Assembly: GCA_041640595.1 (NCBI GenBank)
Contig: JBEPZY010000007.1
Span: 1 to 21,510 of the forward strand
Source of the DNA: Gemmatales bacterium
Lineage (GTDB): Bacteria; Planctomycetota; Planctomycetia; Gemmatales; HRBIN36
DNA length: 21,510 nucleotides
Reading direction: 5' to 3'
Below are positions 7,308 to 16,922 of the stretch, in pieces; position 1 is the stretch's first letter; each line of letters begins with the position of its first letter. The notes under the pieces were generated by a model. It saw only the letters and a program-made list of their open reading frames with translations, did not search any database and was not told the origin of the DNA. Both the position numbers and the translations under genes were made by a program.

Positions 7308-10300
7308 TTGAGTACGGCAACGCAGCAACGCAAGCGAACCAAGGTTCGCGCTTACGAGCTGGCGCGCCAGTTAGGCACCGATTGGCGCGACCTGCAGGCT
7401 CTGGCCGCGGAGATTGGCATCGAAATCAAGAACCAGCTCAACGGCCTGGACGAGGAGCAGATTGCGCAACTGCGCGAGTATCACGCAAGCAAACATAAAC
7501 AACGACCGCCTGCAGAAGTTAGCCCCGAGGTTGAAACAAAAGTTGAAGTCCCCGTTGAGCCAACCGTTGAGCCAACCCCGACGGTTGCACCATCCGGAGA
7601 AGAAATATCGCCGGCCGAGGTTCGCGATGGCAAGTCCGGCGCTGTTTCGGAACCGTCTGTCGAGAGAGTGCAACCAGCCGATCAGGTCTCTGCCCCAACC
7701 GGGCCAACAGTTACTGCGACTCCCCCTGCCGAAGCCAGGCCCACGGGTATAAGCAAACCTGTCGCTGCAACCGGCGTGGTAACCGGACCAGCGGAGATGA
7801 CCCGCGCCCGGCCAACAACGCCGCCGGCACCTTCACCGTCTGGGCCGTCAGCATCGGCGACAGGAACCGCCGTATCGGCATCGCCAGGTGCTCCGCCTGC
7901 CTCGCCGCGTGTTGCTTCGCCAGCAGTTTCTCCGCCCAAACCAGCTGTGCCTCCACCTTCGCCCGACACTGCACAGAAACCTACCTCGCCTGCTGCTGCG
8001 CCAGCCGCCTCTAAGCCCGTGAAACATCTGGTGAACCTCGACCAGCTTCGCAAGCGGCAGCAGGAGTTGAAGCAGCAACAATCGCGGCCACCAACCACAC
8101 CGCCAGCAACCACCACCACACCTGCAGCGCCGACTTCTCCTGCAGCACCGTCAGCACCATCCGGCGGTGCTCCAGTTCCTCCGCCAACGTCACCGGCTGC
8201 TCCTCCCGTGGTCAAGGCGACCGGTGGACCGATTCCGGTTCTGCAAAAGCCCAAACCGAAAGGGCCAGCCGATTCGACCCCAGATCAGGGAACAACATCG
8301 CCAAAAACTCCGCCGTCCGCTACCCCAGGTTTCATAATTCGCCGACAGCCTATCCCCGAAAAGAAGAAAGAGAAGCAACCCAAGAAGGAACAAGCCCAGA
8401 AACCGCTGGCGACGCTTGAAGAGTGGCAACAGCAGCAACAGCAACAGCGTGTGCAGCCTCCGATCCAACCACCGTCGCCAGCAGCGCCCACCGCTCTGAA
8501 GGCTCCGGAGAAGACCCAGCCCACCGTCAAGCTGCCGCTCGACCTGGGCAAAGTCAAGATTACCACGGACGAAGAGGAAGAAGAGGGTCGGCCCATCGGG
8601 AAACGCCGGCCCGGACAGGTAATTGGCCGCGAAGAACGTCGGCAACGCCGCCGGGAAGAAGCTCGCCTGCGTGCCGCTACTACGAAGGCGGAAACGCTCG
8701 CTGAGCAGGACCAGGAAACCGAGATAGCCCGGCCGATAATACGCCGGCCCAGACCGGAAGCCAAGCCGCCAGCGCCTCGCCCCGTCACTCAGCCGCGTAA
8801 AGGGAAGGTGCCCATCGAACCGCCGATTACGGTACGCTCGCTCTCGGAGGCTCTGGGTGTAAGCGCCCAGGAGTTGATTCGCAAGCTGGTACAGCGCGGC
8901 CAGATGCTGAACATCAACGCGACGCTCACCCCCGAGTTAGCGGAAGAGCTTGCCCTGGAGTATAACCTCGAACTGGAAATCAAAAAGCCAGCCGATCCCG
9001 AAGAAGAAATTCTCAAGCAGTTGCAGGCACCGGATCGGCCAGAGGACCTGGTTCCACGTCCGCCTGTCGTTACGGTCATGGGGCATGTGGACCACGGAAA
9101 GACCAGTTTGCTGGATCGGATCCGCGAGAGCGATGTCGCCAGCACCGAAGCCGGCGGAATTACCCAGCATCTTCGCGCCTGGCAGGTGGAACGCGCTGGC
9201 AAACGCATCACCTTCCTGGATACGCCGGGCCACGAAGCGTTTACGGCAATGCGTGCACGCGGTGCCCAGGTCACCGATATCGTGGTGCTGGTGGTGGCCG
9301 CAGACGATGGCGTTATGCCTCAGACCGAGGAAGCCATCAGCCATGCCCGCGCCGCCAACGTGCCGATCATCGTCGCCATCAACAAGGTGGATTTGCCCAA
9401 CGCCAACGTGCAGCGCACACGCAACCAGCTTTATAGCCTCGGACTCATTCCTGATACCATGGGCGGAGATACGCCCTTCGTGGAAACGGTTGCTGCGAAA
9501 GAACGTCCCCGCGGCATTCAGGAATTGCTGGACATGATCCTGCTGGTGGCGGAGTTGCGCGAGTTGAAAGCGAATCCGAGGAAGCCGGCCATGGGTACCT
9601 GCCTGGAGGCAAAAGTAACTGAAGGGCAGGGAGTAGTGGCGACGTTGCTGGTGCAGAACGGCACGCTGCACGTGGGCGATGCCATTGTTTGCGGATGCAG
9701 TTACGGCCGGGTGCGTGCTATGTTCGACGCCAATGGAAAACCGCTTCAGGAAGCCGGACCGGCTACACCGGTGGCGGTGACGGGTCTGGACGACATACCG
9801 GAGGCAGATGACAAGTTCTTTGTGGTGCCGGATCTGGCGACGGCTCGGGAAATCGCCGAACGTCGCCGCGAGCGCCGCCGTCTTGCCGCACCGGTTCGCA
9901 CCGCCACTTTGCGATTGGAAGACTTGGACAAGACGAAACTGCAGGAGTTGAAACTGATCCTCAAAGCCGATGTTCGCGGTTCTATTGAGGCTATCAAGAA
10001 GGAGCTGGAAAAGCTGCAAAGCGACGAGATTCGGCTCAATGTCATTCATGCGGGCGTAGGAGCGATCACCGAAGGAGATGTTCAACTCGCCCTGGCTTCT
10101 CCAGAAGATACGCTTATCGTCGGCTTCAATGTGGTGCCGGACCATCGCGCTCAAACCCTGGCCGAGCAGCGTCAGGTACCGATTCGACTGTACAACATCA
10201 TTTACCAGCTTACCGACGATCTGAAAGCAGCCCTGGAAGGGCGGCTCAAACCGCGCGAGGAGATCGTTCCGCTCGGTCGTGCGGTTGTCCGCGAGGTATT

Positions 10301-10601
10301 CAAGATCAGCAAAGTCGGAACCATTGCTGGTTGCTATGTGACCCAGGGAGTGGTGGAGCGCGGGGCTATGGTGCGCGTGATTCGCGAAGGGCGGATCATT
10401 TACCCACCGCCGGACCGTACTGCCACCATTGAGTCGCTCCGCAGATTCAAGGAAGATGTCCGCGAGGTACGGGAAGGTTTCGAGTGCGGTATCAAAATCA
10501 GCAATTTCGATGACGTCAAAGTGGACGACGTCCTGGAGGTTTACCGTATCGTCCAGGTGCAGCGAACGTTAGATGGCACAACGGCGCGAGCCACTTCGTG
10601 A
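7308..10601 (+). CDS. infB: Translation initiation factor IF-2 with a very long Pro/Ala/Thr-rich N-terminal linker
   Basis: IF2_N domains ([23 protein letters not shown]), [26 protein letters not shown] and [18 protein letters not shown]. Probable TTG start at 7308, 7 nt after GAGGAG. Confidence 0.98.
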   Translation: MSTATQQRKRTKVRAYELARQLGTDWRDLQALAAEIGIEIKNQLNGLDEEQIAQLREYHASKHKQRPPAEVSPEVETKVEVPVEPTVEPTPTVAPSGEEISPAEVRDGKSGAVSEPSVERVQPADQVSAPTGPTVTATPPAEARPTGISKPVAATGVVTGPAEMTRARPTTPPAPSPSGPSASATGTAVSASPGAPPASPRVASPAVSPPKPAVPPPSPDTAQKPTSPAAAPAASKPVKHLVNLDQLRKRQQELKQQQSRPPTTPPATTTTPAAPTSPAAPSAPSGGAPVPPPTSPAAPPVVKATGGPIPVLQKPKPKGPADSTPDQGTTSPKTPPSATPGFIIRRQPIPEKKKEKQPKKEQAQKPLATLEEWQQQQQQQRVQPPIQPPSPAAPTALKAPEKTQPTVKLPLDLGKVKITTDEEEEEGRPIGKRRPGQVIGREERRQRRREEARLRAATTKAETLAEQDQETEIARPIIRRPRPEAKPPAPRPVTQPRKGKVPIEPPITVRSLSEALGVSAQELIRKLVQRGQMLNINATLTPELAEELALEYNLELEIKKPADPEEEILKQLQAPDRPEDLVPRPPVVTVMGHVDHGKTSLLDRIRESDVASTEAGGITQHLRAWQVERAGKRITFLDTPGHEAFTAMRARGAQVTDIVVLVVAADDGVMPQTEEAISHARAANVPIIVAINKVDLPNANVQRTRNQLYSLGLIPDTMGGDTPFVETVAAKERPRGIQELLDMILLVAELRELKANPRKPAMGTCLEAKVTEGQGVVATLLVQNGTLHVGDAIVCGCSYGRVRAMFDANGKPLQEAGPATPVAVTGLDDIPEADDKFFVVPDLATAREIAERRRERRRLAAPVRTATLRLEDLDKTKLQELKLILKADVRGSIEAIKKELEKLQSDEIRLNVIHAGVGAITEGDVQLALASPEDTLIVGFNVVPDHRAQTLAEQRQVPIRLYNIIYQLTDDLKAALEGRLKPREEIVPLGRAVVREVFKISKVGTIAGCYVTQGVVERGAMVRVIREGRIIYPPPDRTATIESLRRFKEDVREVREGFECGIKISNFDDVKVDDVLEVYRIVQVQRTLDGTTARATS

Positions 10602-10638
10602 GCCACTTCCTCACCGCTTGCCCGGGCGGAGGTCGCGC

Positions 10639-10917
10639 ATGCTGATTGGAACCTTACGCATTCGGCTGATGATCCCCGAATCGCGTAGCCTGAAGGACAA
10701 ACGCCAGGTGGTCTCCAGCATCAAGGATCGGCTACGGAATCATTTCAATGTCTCCATTGCCGAAGTTGAGGCCCAGGATCATCGGCAGATGGCTGTGCTG
10801 GGTGTCGCCATGGTCAGCAACGAGTCACAGCACCTGCGTAAGGCCCTTAGCCAGGTAGTCGAGGCCGTGCGTTGTCATCCGGTTGCTCGGCTCCTGGATT
10901 ACGAACTGGAAGTCTGA
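10639..10917 (+). CDS. ylxP: DUF503 / YlxP family protein
   Basis: MLIGTLRIRL.IP.SRSLKDKRQVV.SIKDRLRN.FNVSIAEV..QD, in the usual position between infB and rbfA. Confidence 0.92.
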   Translation: MLIGTLRIRLMIPESRSLKDKRQVVSSIKDRLRNHFNVSIAEVEAQDHRQMAVLGVAMVSNESQHLRKALSQVVEAVRCHPVARLLDYELEV

Positions 10918-10918
10918 C

Positions 10919-11371
10919 ATGAAACCGTATCGCCTCGAACGCGTGGCCGAAGTAGTACGGCGGGTGGTCAGCCAGACCATCCTGTTCGAGCTCAACGACC
11001 CGCGCATCCGCAACGTTACCGTTACTCGTGCCGAAGTCAGTGCCGATCTTCAGCATGCCAAAGTGTACGTTTCCATTATGGGTAGCCCGCAGGAACAACG
11101 CGAATGTTTAGAAGCACTTCGCCACGCCCGCGGCTATATTCAGAAGAAGCTGGGGCAGCAACTGGTGACTCGCTATCTGCCGAGTTTGACCTTCATCCTG
11201 GACAAGGGCGTCAAGAATAGCCTGCAAGTGGCCGCTATTCTTCGCAAAGAGCAGGAAGCTCAAGCGAAGCCGGCTGACCAGCAGCAACCGACGGCGGGGG
11301 ACGCGGCCACGAACGTCTCAGAAGGATCGGAACCGGAGGAAGGAACCTCGCCGACTTCCTCCTCGCTGTGA
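10919..11371 (+). CDS. rbfA: 30S ribosome-binding factor A
   Basis: MKPYRLERVAE...ELNDPRI..VTVTRAEVSADLQHAKVYVS...RYLP.L.F..D, followed by an acidic disordered tail. Confidence 0.96.
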   Translation: MKPYRLERVAEVVRRVVSQTILFELNDPRIRNVTVTRAEVSADLQHAKVYVSIMGSPQEQRECLEALRHARGYIQKKLGQQLVTRYLPSLTFILDKGVKNSLQVAAILRKEQEAQAKPADQQQPTAGDAATNVSEGSEPEEGTSPTSSSL

Positions 11372-11379
11372 GGAGAATC

Positions 11380-12087
11380 ATGCCAGCTCTTGTCAACCGC
11401 TCGCGGATCATCCAGCGCCTGCTGGGGACTGTCCGCAAAGCATTGCAGGTGCGTTTACCACAAACTCGCCCCGTCCTGGAGCAGATGCTCTATGCGATTT
11501 GTCGTCGTGATGTATCCCGTGCTCAAGCCGATGCTGCTTTCGCTCGTTTGCAGCAGGCGTTTTACGACTGGAATGAAGTTCGTGTCTCAGCCTTGCGCGA
11601 AGTAGCGGACGTGCTCGCTCCGTTGCCGCAAGCCTTTGACCGGGCCGAGCAATTGCTCGGATTGTTGCAGGAAGTCTTCGAAGCCAACTACAGCTTCGAT
11701 CTCGAAGGCCTCAAAAAGAAACCACTTCGCCAGGCTGAAAAGCAATTGCAACGCTTGCAATTTGCCGACGCATTTGTCCAGGCCTGGACAATGCAGTACG
11801 CCCTGGGAGGTCATGCTATCCCCGTGGACGAGCCGGTTCGTCGGGTCGTCGTTCGTCTGGGTCTGGTGCAGGATGGGCAATCCACCGCGACCGTGCAGGC
11901 TGGCTTGACGCATCAGCTAAGCAAAGCGCAGGCACAACCTTTGTACGAAATTCTGTCGGCACTGGCGCACCGTCATTGCGGCGAACTTCCCGATTGCGGA
12001 GAGTGCCTCTTACAGAAATGTTGTCCCAGCGCGAAATTATCACCGCCATCCGATACGCCACGCATTCGCCGCAGCAAACCTCGTTGA
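11380..12087 (+). CDS. Endonuclease III (HhH-GPD)-like protein with a C-terminal 4Fe-4S-type cysteine motif and a degenerate HhH
   Basis: AF.RL...F.DWNEVRV, AIPVD...RRV..RLG and C-X5-C-X2-C-X5-C (11977-12024). ATG 11380 follows an AGGAG that overlaps the rbfA stop. Confidence 0.8.
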   Translation: MPALVNRSRIIQRLLGTVRKALQVRLPQTRPVLEQMLYAICRRDVSRAQADAAFARLQQAFYDWNEVRVSALREVADVLAPLPQAFDRAEQLLGLLQEVFEANYSFDLEGLKKKPLRQAEKQLQRLQFADAFVQAWTMQYALGGHAIPVDEPVRRVVVRLGLVQDGQSTATVQAGLTHQLSKAQAQPLYEILSALAHRHCGELPDCGECLLQKCCPSAKLSPPSDTPRIRRSKPR

Positions 12088-13290
12088 TTAGCGACACCGA
12101 CGACCGGCACACCAGACGGCACGAACATCATGCAATGCCGCCAGGTCGTGCCAGGGTTGGCCAGCTACCACCAGCAAGTCGGCCCGCTGGCCAATCCGTA
12201 TTCGGCCACGATCGGTCAGGCCCAAAGCTGCCGCTGCTCGCGACGTCACAGCCCGTAAGCAATCCAGCGGGCTTAGCCCCAGCTCGAGCTGGGCCGAACG
12301 TAAGCCGTAAATCAAAGAAACACCGAACGGCGTTTGCCGCACCCCAGCGTCCGTGTGCAGAATAAAGTCCACGCCGCTATCCAGCATGGCACGTTCGCTG
12401 GCGAAACGGTCGTCCAGGTCCGCGAACAAATGCGGGTCGATCCCGGCCACCTCCGGCACTACCTTGCGCCAGGTTGGCGCGCTCATGGTCAACGATGCCA
12501 CCTGGCCCTGTTCTCGCATCCACTTAGCCAGCCTGGGATCGAAGGCATGCTCTTGGGCACCGATTCGCCAGCTGCAATGTTCGAGCGTTTTCACCCCGGC
12601 CAAAATAGCTCGTCGAAGTCCCTCGCGATTGAGCACGTGCCCAGCCACATAGCGCCCCGCTTGTTCCGCGCAACGCACGGCGGTCCGAATCTCAGCCACG
12701 TCGAACTGACACCCCAGCCGATCGGACTCCGGGGTCATATTCCCGCCCGTAACGATGACCTTGATGAAGTCCGCTCCCTGTTCCAGTAAATCTTTGGCCT
12801 GATTTTCCAGTTCCGTCGCGGTTACAGCCTGGGCGCTGATGTAATGCAAGTGCCCACGCGGCGTCGTTATAGGCGGGCCGCTGACAAGAACATCGGGGCC
12901 TGCACATTGGCCGCTGCGAATGCGTTCACGCACCAGAAAAGGCACACGCCCAGGGCCGCCACAGTCGCGCAGGGTAGTGATGCCCCAGGAGAGTGCCTGT
13001 TGTGCGTTGGCTAATGCCCGGCGGAGTAACTCTTCTTCACTTTCCGAGATCAATCGAGATACCACTTCTGCGTGCGTACTGGCAGCGCTGAAACAAAGAT
13101 GCACGTGGGCATCTATCAGACCCGGTAGCAGAGTACATCCCGAAAACGCCTCATCGGCTTGGTTTGGCTGAGCACCAATCTGGATAGCAGTAATAACCTC
13201 GCCCTGAACGGTCAAGAGGACATCCTGAACCGGCGCCTTCGTCTCGCCATCCACCATCCACTCTGCGTAAATCCGCGTAGCCTGCTCCAT
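12088..13290 (-). CDS. Metal-dependent amidohydrolase (amidohydrolase superfamily, prolidase-like subgroup); substrate unknown
   Basis: TLLPGLIDAHVH, GITTLRDCG, GADFIKV (carbamylated Lys position), AGH, LEH, TDAG and G.I..G..ADL.V motifs. Start is ATG 13290 or GTG 13296. Confidence 0.9.
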   Translation of the reverse strand: MEQATRIYAEWMVDGETKAPVQDVLLTVQGEVITAIQIGAQPNQADEAFSGCTLLPGLIDAHVHLCFSAASTHAEVVSRLISESEEELLRRALANAQQALSWGITTLRDCGGPGRVPFLVRERIRSGQCAGPDVLVSGPPITTPRGHLHYISAQAVTATELENQAKDLLEQGADFIKVIVTGGNMTPESDRLGCQFDVAEIRTAVRCAEQAGRYVAGHVLNREGLRRAILAGVKTLEHCSWRIGAQEHAFDPRLAKWMREQGQVASLTMSAPTWRKVVPEVAGIDPHLFADLDDRFASERAMLDSGVDFILHTDAGVRQTPFGVSLIYGLRSAQLELGLSPLDCLRAVTSRAAAALGLTDRGRIRIGQRADLLVVAGQPWHDLAALHDVRAVWCAGRRCR

Positions 13291-13377
13291 GAGCACTACC
13301 CACAGTTTGCAGACATACCAATTCGGTTCAGCATACGCTCAGTTTTGGTTTTGCCAGGACGCCCTTTTCCGATACTT

Positions 13378-13401
13378 ACATGCCCATACACATGCCCATA
13401 C
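13378..13401. repeat. 12-bp tandem direct repeat (ACATGCCCATAC x2)
   Basis: Two exact adjacent copies, just downstream of the membrane protein stop codon. Confidence 0.85.
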
Positions 13402-13403
13402 TA

Positions 13404-14114
13404 TTAGAAAATAAACCCCATAACAAATAACCAGGCCAGGTACAGTCCCAGACCTAAGCCGATAGCGTGTCCCACGTTGAATTGTAATACCAGAAAGGCC
13501 CCAACCCAGGCAATTATTCCCAGAAAAAGAGCCACAAAACTAAGAAGCCGTGTTCTGGGTTGGTTGATTTCGACGCGACCTAACTGCCCCTGCTCCAACT
13601 TATAACCCTCGTTGGAGACATACACGACCCCGCCGGTTCCTCGCATCAGGTATCCATCCTTGTCACGCAATGCTTGAAACTTGATTTCGCGTTTATCCCT
13701 GGTTACCGCTATAAATTCTAATGCTTCGGGAGGAAAACGCCTCCCATCGGCTGCGACAAAATTCATCCAGCCTGGTCCAGACCCAGGACGACGGCGATAT
13801 TCTGTCCATCGGTTACCTTCCGGGATTCGAATTCGATCAAACTCCAGCGTCTCTCCGGGCTTGGTGTCCAGGAGGAACTCTTGCCATGTTATGGGAAGCG
13901 ACCTTTCCGTGCCGGATCGCCATATAAGAGGTATTCCTAAACATGCGAGAACAACGATACCACTGGCCAAGGGCACACGCCACGACAGCCCTGTGCTGGA
14001 TTCTGTGTAGAGATAGTTGTACAGGAACAGAGAAAGTAGCCAGAGCGTTCCGGCAAGAGCAGCATAAATCACAAGAATTTTTATCACCAGCATCGCGTAC
14101 CTCTCGAATCTCAA
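13404..14114 (-). CDS. Hypothetical membrane protein (2 TM helices, soluble domain, 2 TM helices)
   Basis: Four hydrophobic segments flank a hydrophilic domain of about 120 aa. Start is TTG 14114 or ATG 14093. Confidence 0.75.
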   Translation of the reverse strand: MRFERYAMLVIKILVIYAALAGTLWLLSLFLYNYLYTESSTGLSWRVPLASGIVVLACLGIPLIWRSGTERSLPITWQEFLLDTKPGETLEFDRIRIPEGNRWTEYRRRPGSGPGWMNFVAADGRRFPPEALEFIAVTRDKREIKFQALRDKDGYLMRGTGGVVYVSNEGYKLEQGQLGRVEINQPRTRLLSFVALFLGIIAWVGAFLVLQFNVGHAIGLGLGLYLAWLFVMGFIF

Positions 14115-14388
14115 TAGCCATTCTAGCCATTATAAGGGAAAGAGACAACCAATCCCGCGCCAGCGTATCGGCCACCGACAGGCGACCCGAGCTGGATACT
14201 TCCGTGGCACAACATTCCATCCCGTAATTAGGTTAGGTCTGTGTTAGCCATATAAACATCGTAGTCGCGTTTAGAGGGTCAGCCTCTTTACGGGGTTCGG
14301 AAACCGTACTTATTTTTCAACTGGCAACGCAATCCCCGAATTACACCGGTATCGTGATTGCAGGGCTTAGGCGATTAAGATAGCTCGA

Positions 14389-16446
14389 TTACCGAATGAT
14401 ATTCGCCAGTTCCTGGAGCATCTGATCGCTCACGCTAATCGTCCGGGCATTGACCTGAAATCCCCGTTGTGCCAGGATTAGTCGCGTAAACTCAAAGGCG
14501 ACATCCACATTAGAATTTTCGAGAGTTCCCTGAGTGATGATGCCTCGGCCACCGCTACCAGCAGGCCCGATCATGGGCAAATCCGAGTTGTTGCTAAGAC
14601 TATAATAGTTTTTCCCTTCACGGTTCAGGCCGCCAGGATTTGTGAAGTTAGCGATGGCTAACTGGGCGATGGGCAAGGTTCGGCCATTGGTGAATACACC
14701 TTCGATTGTACCATTCTGCGATACCGAAAGTCCTGATAGGAAGCCTGCTCCGTATCCATCCTGTTGAATAGCGGATGCGGAAGAACTGCCACCAAATTGA
14801 GTGACGCCCGTAAAGGAATTCGATTCGCCTAGATTAATGCGTATCTCCTGCGGCACACTGATACCATTGATGAGCACCACCAACTTAGAGTCCCCATTAC
14901 CGGAGCCAGTAACCTGCTGAAATGAACCATCATTATTGAAGCGAATGCCCGTTACACGATCATCCAGCAAGGTGCCTGAAGAAGGATCAATAGTCGCTAC
15001 CATATCCCAGAGGTTGGCGCCTTTCTTCTGAAATGTGAAAGTAACAGTGTGAGCGCGACCTTGCAGATCGTAAAATTGAATGGCGCTACGCACAGTATCA
15101 CCGTCCTTGCCGTCGGTCGTGAGATTCATGCCGTGCGTAGCAAAGTTGGTTGATCCTACGTTAGTCGGTCCGTCGGATAGGTTGAGGCTCAGGGATGCCG
15201 GGCCCGGATTGTCGGCTGTCAGTACCAGGTTACCACCGACGATGGTCGCGGTAGCACCGGGATAAGCGGTACTGATTTTGTTAACTAAGTCTCCCAGCGT
15301 GGTGCCATCGGTTCCATAGACGAATAAAGCGCTAATGACAGCGCCATTAGCGTCGGTGCCTTGAATCTTGATGGTGTCGCCAGGGACATAATTAGCTGTG
15401 TTGGAGGCCAGATGGTTCAGGGGCGTAGTCATAGTAGCCGGATTACCACCGCCCAAAATAGCAGCACCGGCGCCGACATGGCTGATCCATGCTGCATTGT
15501 TGCCAGCATTGTCGGTAATGTCCAGGCTCAGGCCGTTTGATGCTCCATTTTGTTCCGTGCGGACCGTAAGCTGTCCCGTGGTATTATCGAAAGTGACCTC
15601 AGCCGAACTGCCGAATGCAGTTTGTATGGCGGTTACTAAGTCGCCGACGGTCGTGATCATGGGATTGACAAGAAGTGTTTGTGTAGGAATCGCGGTGCCG
15701 TCCGCGCGAGTGCCGTTGATTGTAATAGTGGCTGGCCCACCGTAACTAAATCCCTGCAGGTCTGCTAACAAGGTACTGGTAGTGGCTGGAGGATTTCCAG
15801 GTGCTGTAGTGAGAAATGGCTGCGATGTTAGAAATTGCGTGTCCCGAAAAGGCGTAGCCGATGTAAGAACCTCATTGACCGGTCCACTCGCTGCTGCGCT
15901 AAGGTTTCCACGAAAATCTATTTGCGTGGTAGCTCGACCGGGTACGGTCGTTCCGAAAGGTATGCGAATGTTATTATCTCCAGGTGTTTGAAACTGCGGT
16001 AACTGAGCGTCGCCTTCCCCCGCAGTGCCGAACCTCTGAACTCGGTAACCAGTCGCAGAATCCACGAGATAATTGTCCTTGTCTATACTAAATGCTCCCG
16101 CCCGGGTGTACAGTTGCTGCACACCATCGTGCACGACGAAAAATCCATCACCTTGAATCGCCAGGTCGAGAGAGCGACCGGTGGCCTCTAAGCTTCCCTG
16201 TTCCAGGTTAGTGTCAATGGCGGCAACGCCTACGCCTAAACCGATTTGGATTGGGTTTGTACCGCCCACCGCCTGGGACACCACGCCCGTGGCCCGTTTC
16301 AGTGTTTGGTACAACAGTTCATTGAAACGGATTCGTTGCGCTTTGAACCCCGTTGTGTTTACATTCGCCAGGTTGTTTCCTACAACGTCAAGCATTTGCT
16401 GGTGGACGCGAAGACCAGATACGCCAGCAAGTAATGCCCGAGACAT
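14389..16446 (-). CDS. flgE: Flagellar hook protein FlgE (long form, 685 aa)
   Basis: N-terminal GVSGL..HQ..LDVVGNNLANVNT.GFK; TGR.LDLAIQGDGFF; YTRAGAF; C-terminal LENSNVD...EFT.LI.AQRGFQ.NAR.I...DQML.EL. Confidence 0.97.
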   Translation of the reverse strand: MSRALLAGVSGLRVHQQMLDVVGNNLANVNTTGFKAQRIRFNELLYQTLKRATGVVSQAVGGTNPIQIGLGVGVAAIDTNLEQGSLEATGRSLDLAIQGDGFFVVHDGVQQLYTRAGAFSIDKDNYLVDSATGYRVQRFGTAGEGDAQLPQFQTPGDNNIRIPFGTTVPGRATTQIDFRGNLSAAASGPVNEVLTSATPFRDTQFLTSQPFLTTAPGNPPATTSTLLADLQGFSYGGPATITINGTRADGTAIPTQTLLVNPMITTVGDLVTAIQTAFGSSAEVTFDNTTGQLTVRTEQNGASNGLSLDITDNAGNNAAWISHVGAGAAILGGGNPATMTTPLNHLASNTANYVPGDTIKIQGTDANGAVISALFVYGTDGTTLGDLVNKISTAYPGATATIVGGNLVLTADNPGPASLSLNLSDGPTNVGSTNFATHGMNLTTDGKDGDTVRSAIQFYDLQGRAHTVTFTFQKKGANLWDMVATIDPSSGTLLDDRVTGIRFNNDGSFQQVTGSGNGDSKLVVLINGISVPQEIRINLGESNSFTGVTQFGGSSSASAIQQDGYGAGFLSGLSVSQNGTIEGVFTNGRTLPIAQLAIANFTNPGGLNREGKNYYSLSNNSDLPMIGPAGSGGRGIITQGTLENSNVDVAFEFTRLILAQRGFQVNARTISVSDQMLQELANIIR

Positions 16447-16492
16447 AAATCGCTCCCCGTTGTTATTCCGCAGCTGGAGTTAGCTGTTCTAT

Positions 16493-16900
16493 TCAGGCGA
16501 GGAAAGCTCGAATTTGCATAGGCGATATAGTGTGACCATCTACTTGCAAGACCAGTCCATTGCTGGTCAACTGCACGCTACTAATAACACCAGTGCGCAG
16601 CGAGTCATCGTTCAAGGATTGATATTGAACGCGGCGACCCACCAGGCTAGCCGCTTGGGCAAGTTGCTGTAACTGAACGATTTGGCGCATAGTGTCGTTG
16701 AGTTGCATAAGATTTTCCAATTGGGAAAATTGCGCCAATTGAACCGCAAAATCGGCTCCGTTGACCGGATCCATCGGGTTTTGATTTTTCAACTGGGCTA
16801 CTAATAACTGCAAAAATTCATCTCTGCCCATCGGCTTTTTCGCAGTGGGATTGTTGATGCTGGCGAGATTATTAGCACCTACAAGTTGGCCGACGGTCAT
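16493..16900 (-). CDS. flgD: Flagellar hook capping protein FlgD (short form)
   Basis: FLQLLVAQLKNQNPMDP.....F..QLAQFS.LE signature. Confidence 0.96.
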   Translation of the reverse strand: MTVGQLVGANNLASINNPTAKKPMGRDEFLQLLVAQLKNQNPMDPVNGADFAVQLAQFSQLENLMQLNDTMRQIVQLQQLAQAASLVGRRVQYQSLNDDSLRTGVISSVQLTSNGLVLQVDGHTISPMQIRAFLA

Positions 16901-16922
16901 GGCATATATTTCCCCAGCTGTC

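Noticed and set aside
6815..7342. Short ORFs in the lipoprotein-infB intergenic region, including the 7236 start of infB and the 7003 start of the lipoprotein
   Set aside because: No SD or recognisable protein features; better starts exist at 7308 and 6814.
8937..10154. 405-aa minus-strand ORF and other ORFs antisense to infB, feoB, flgE and ctpA
   Set aside because: Antisense shadows of well-supported genes, a common result of codon bias.
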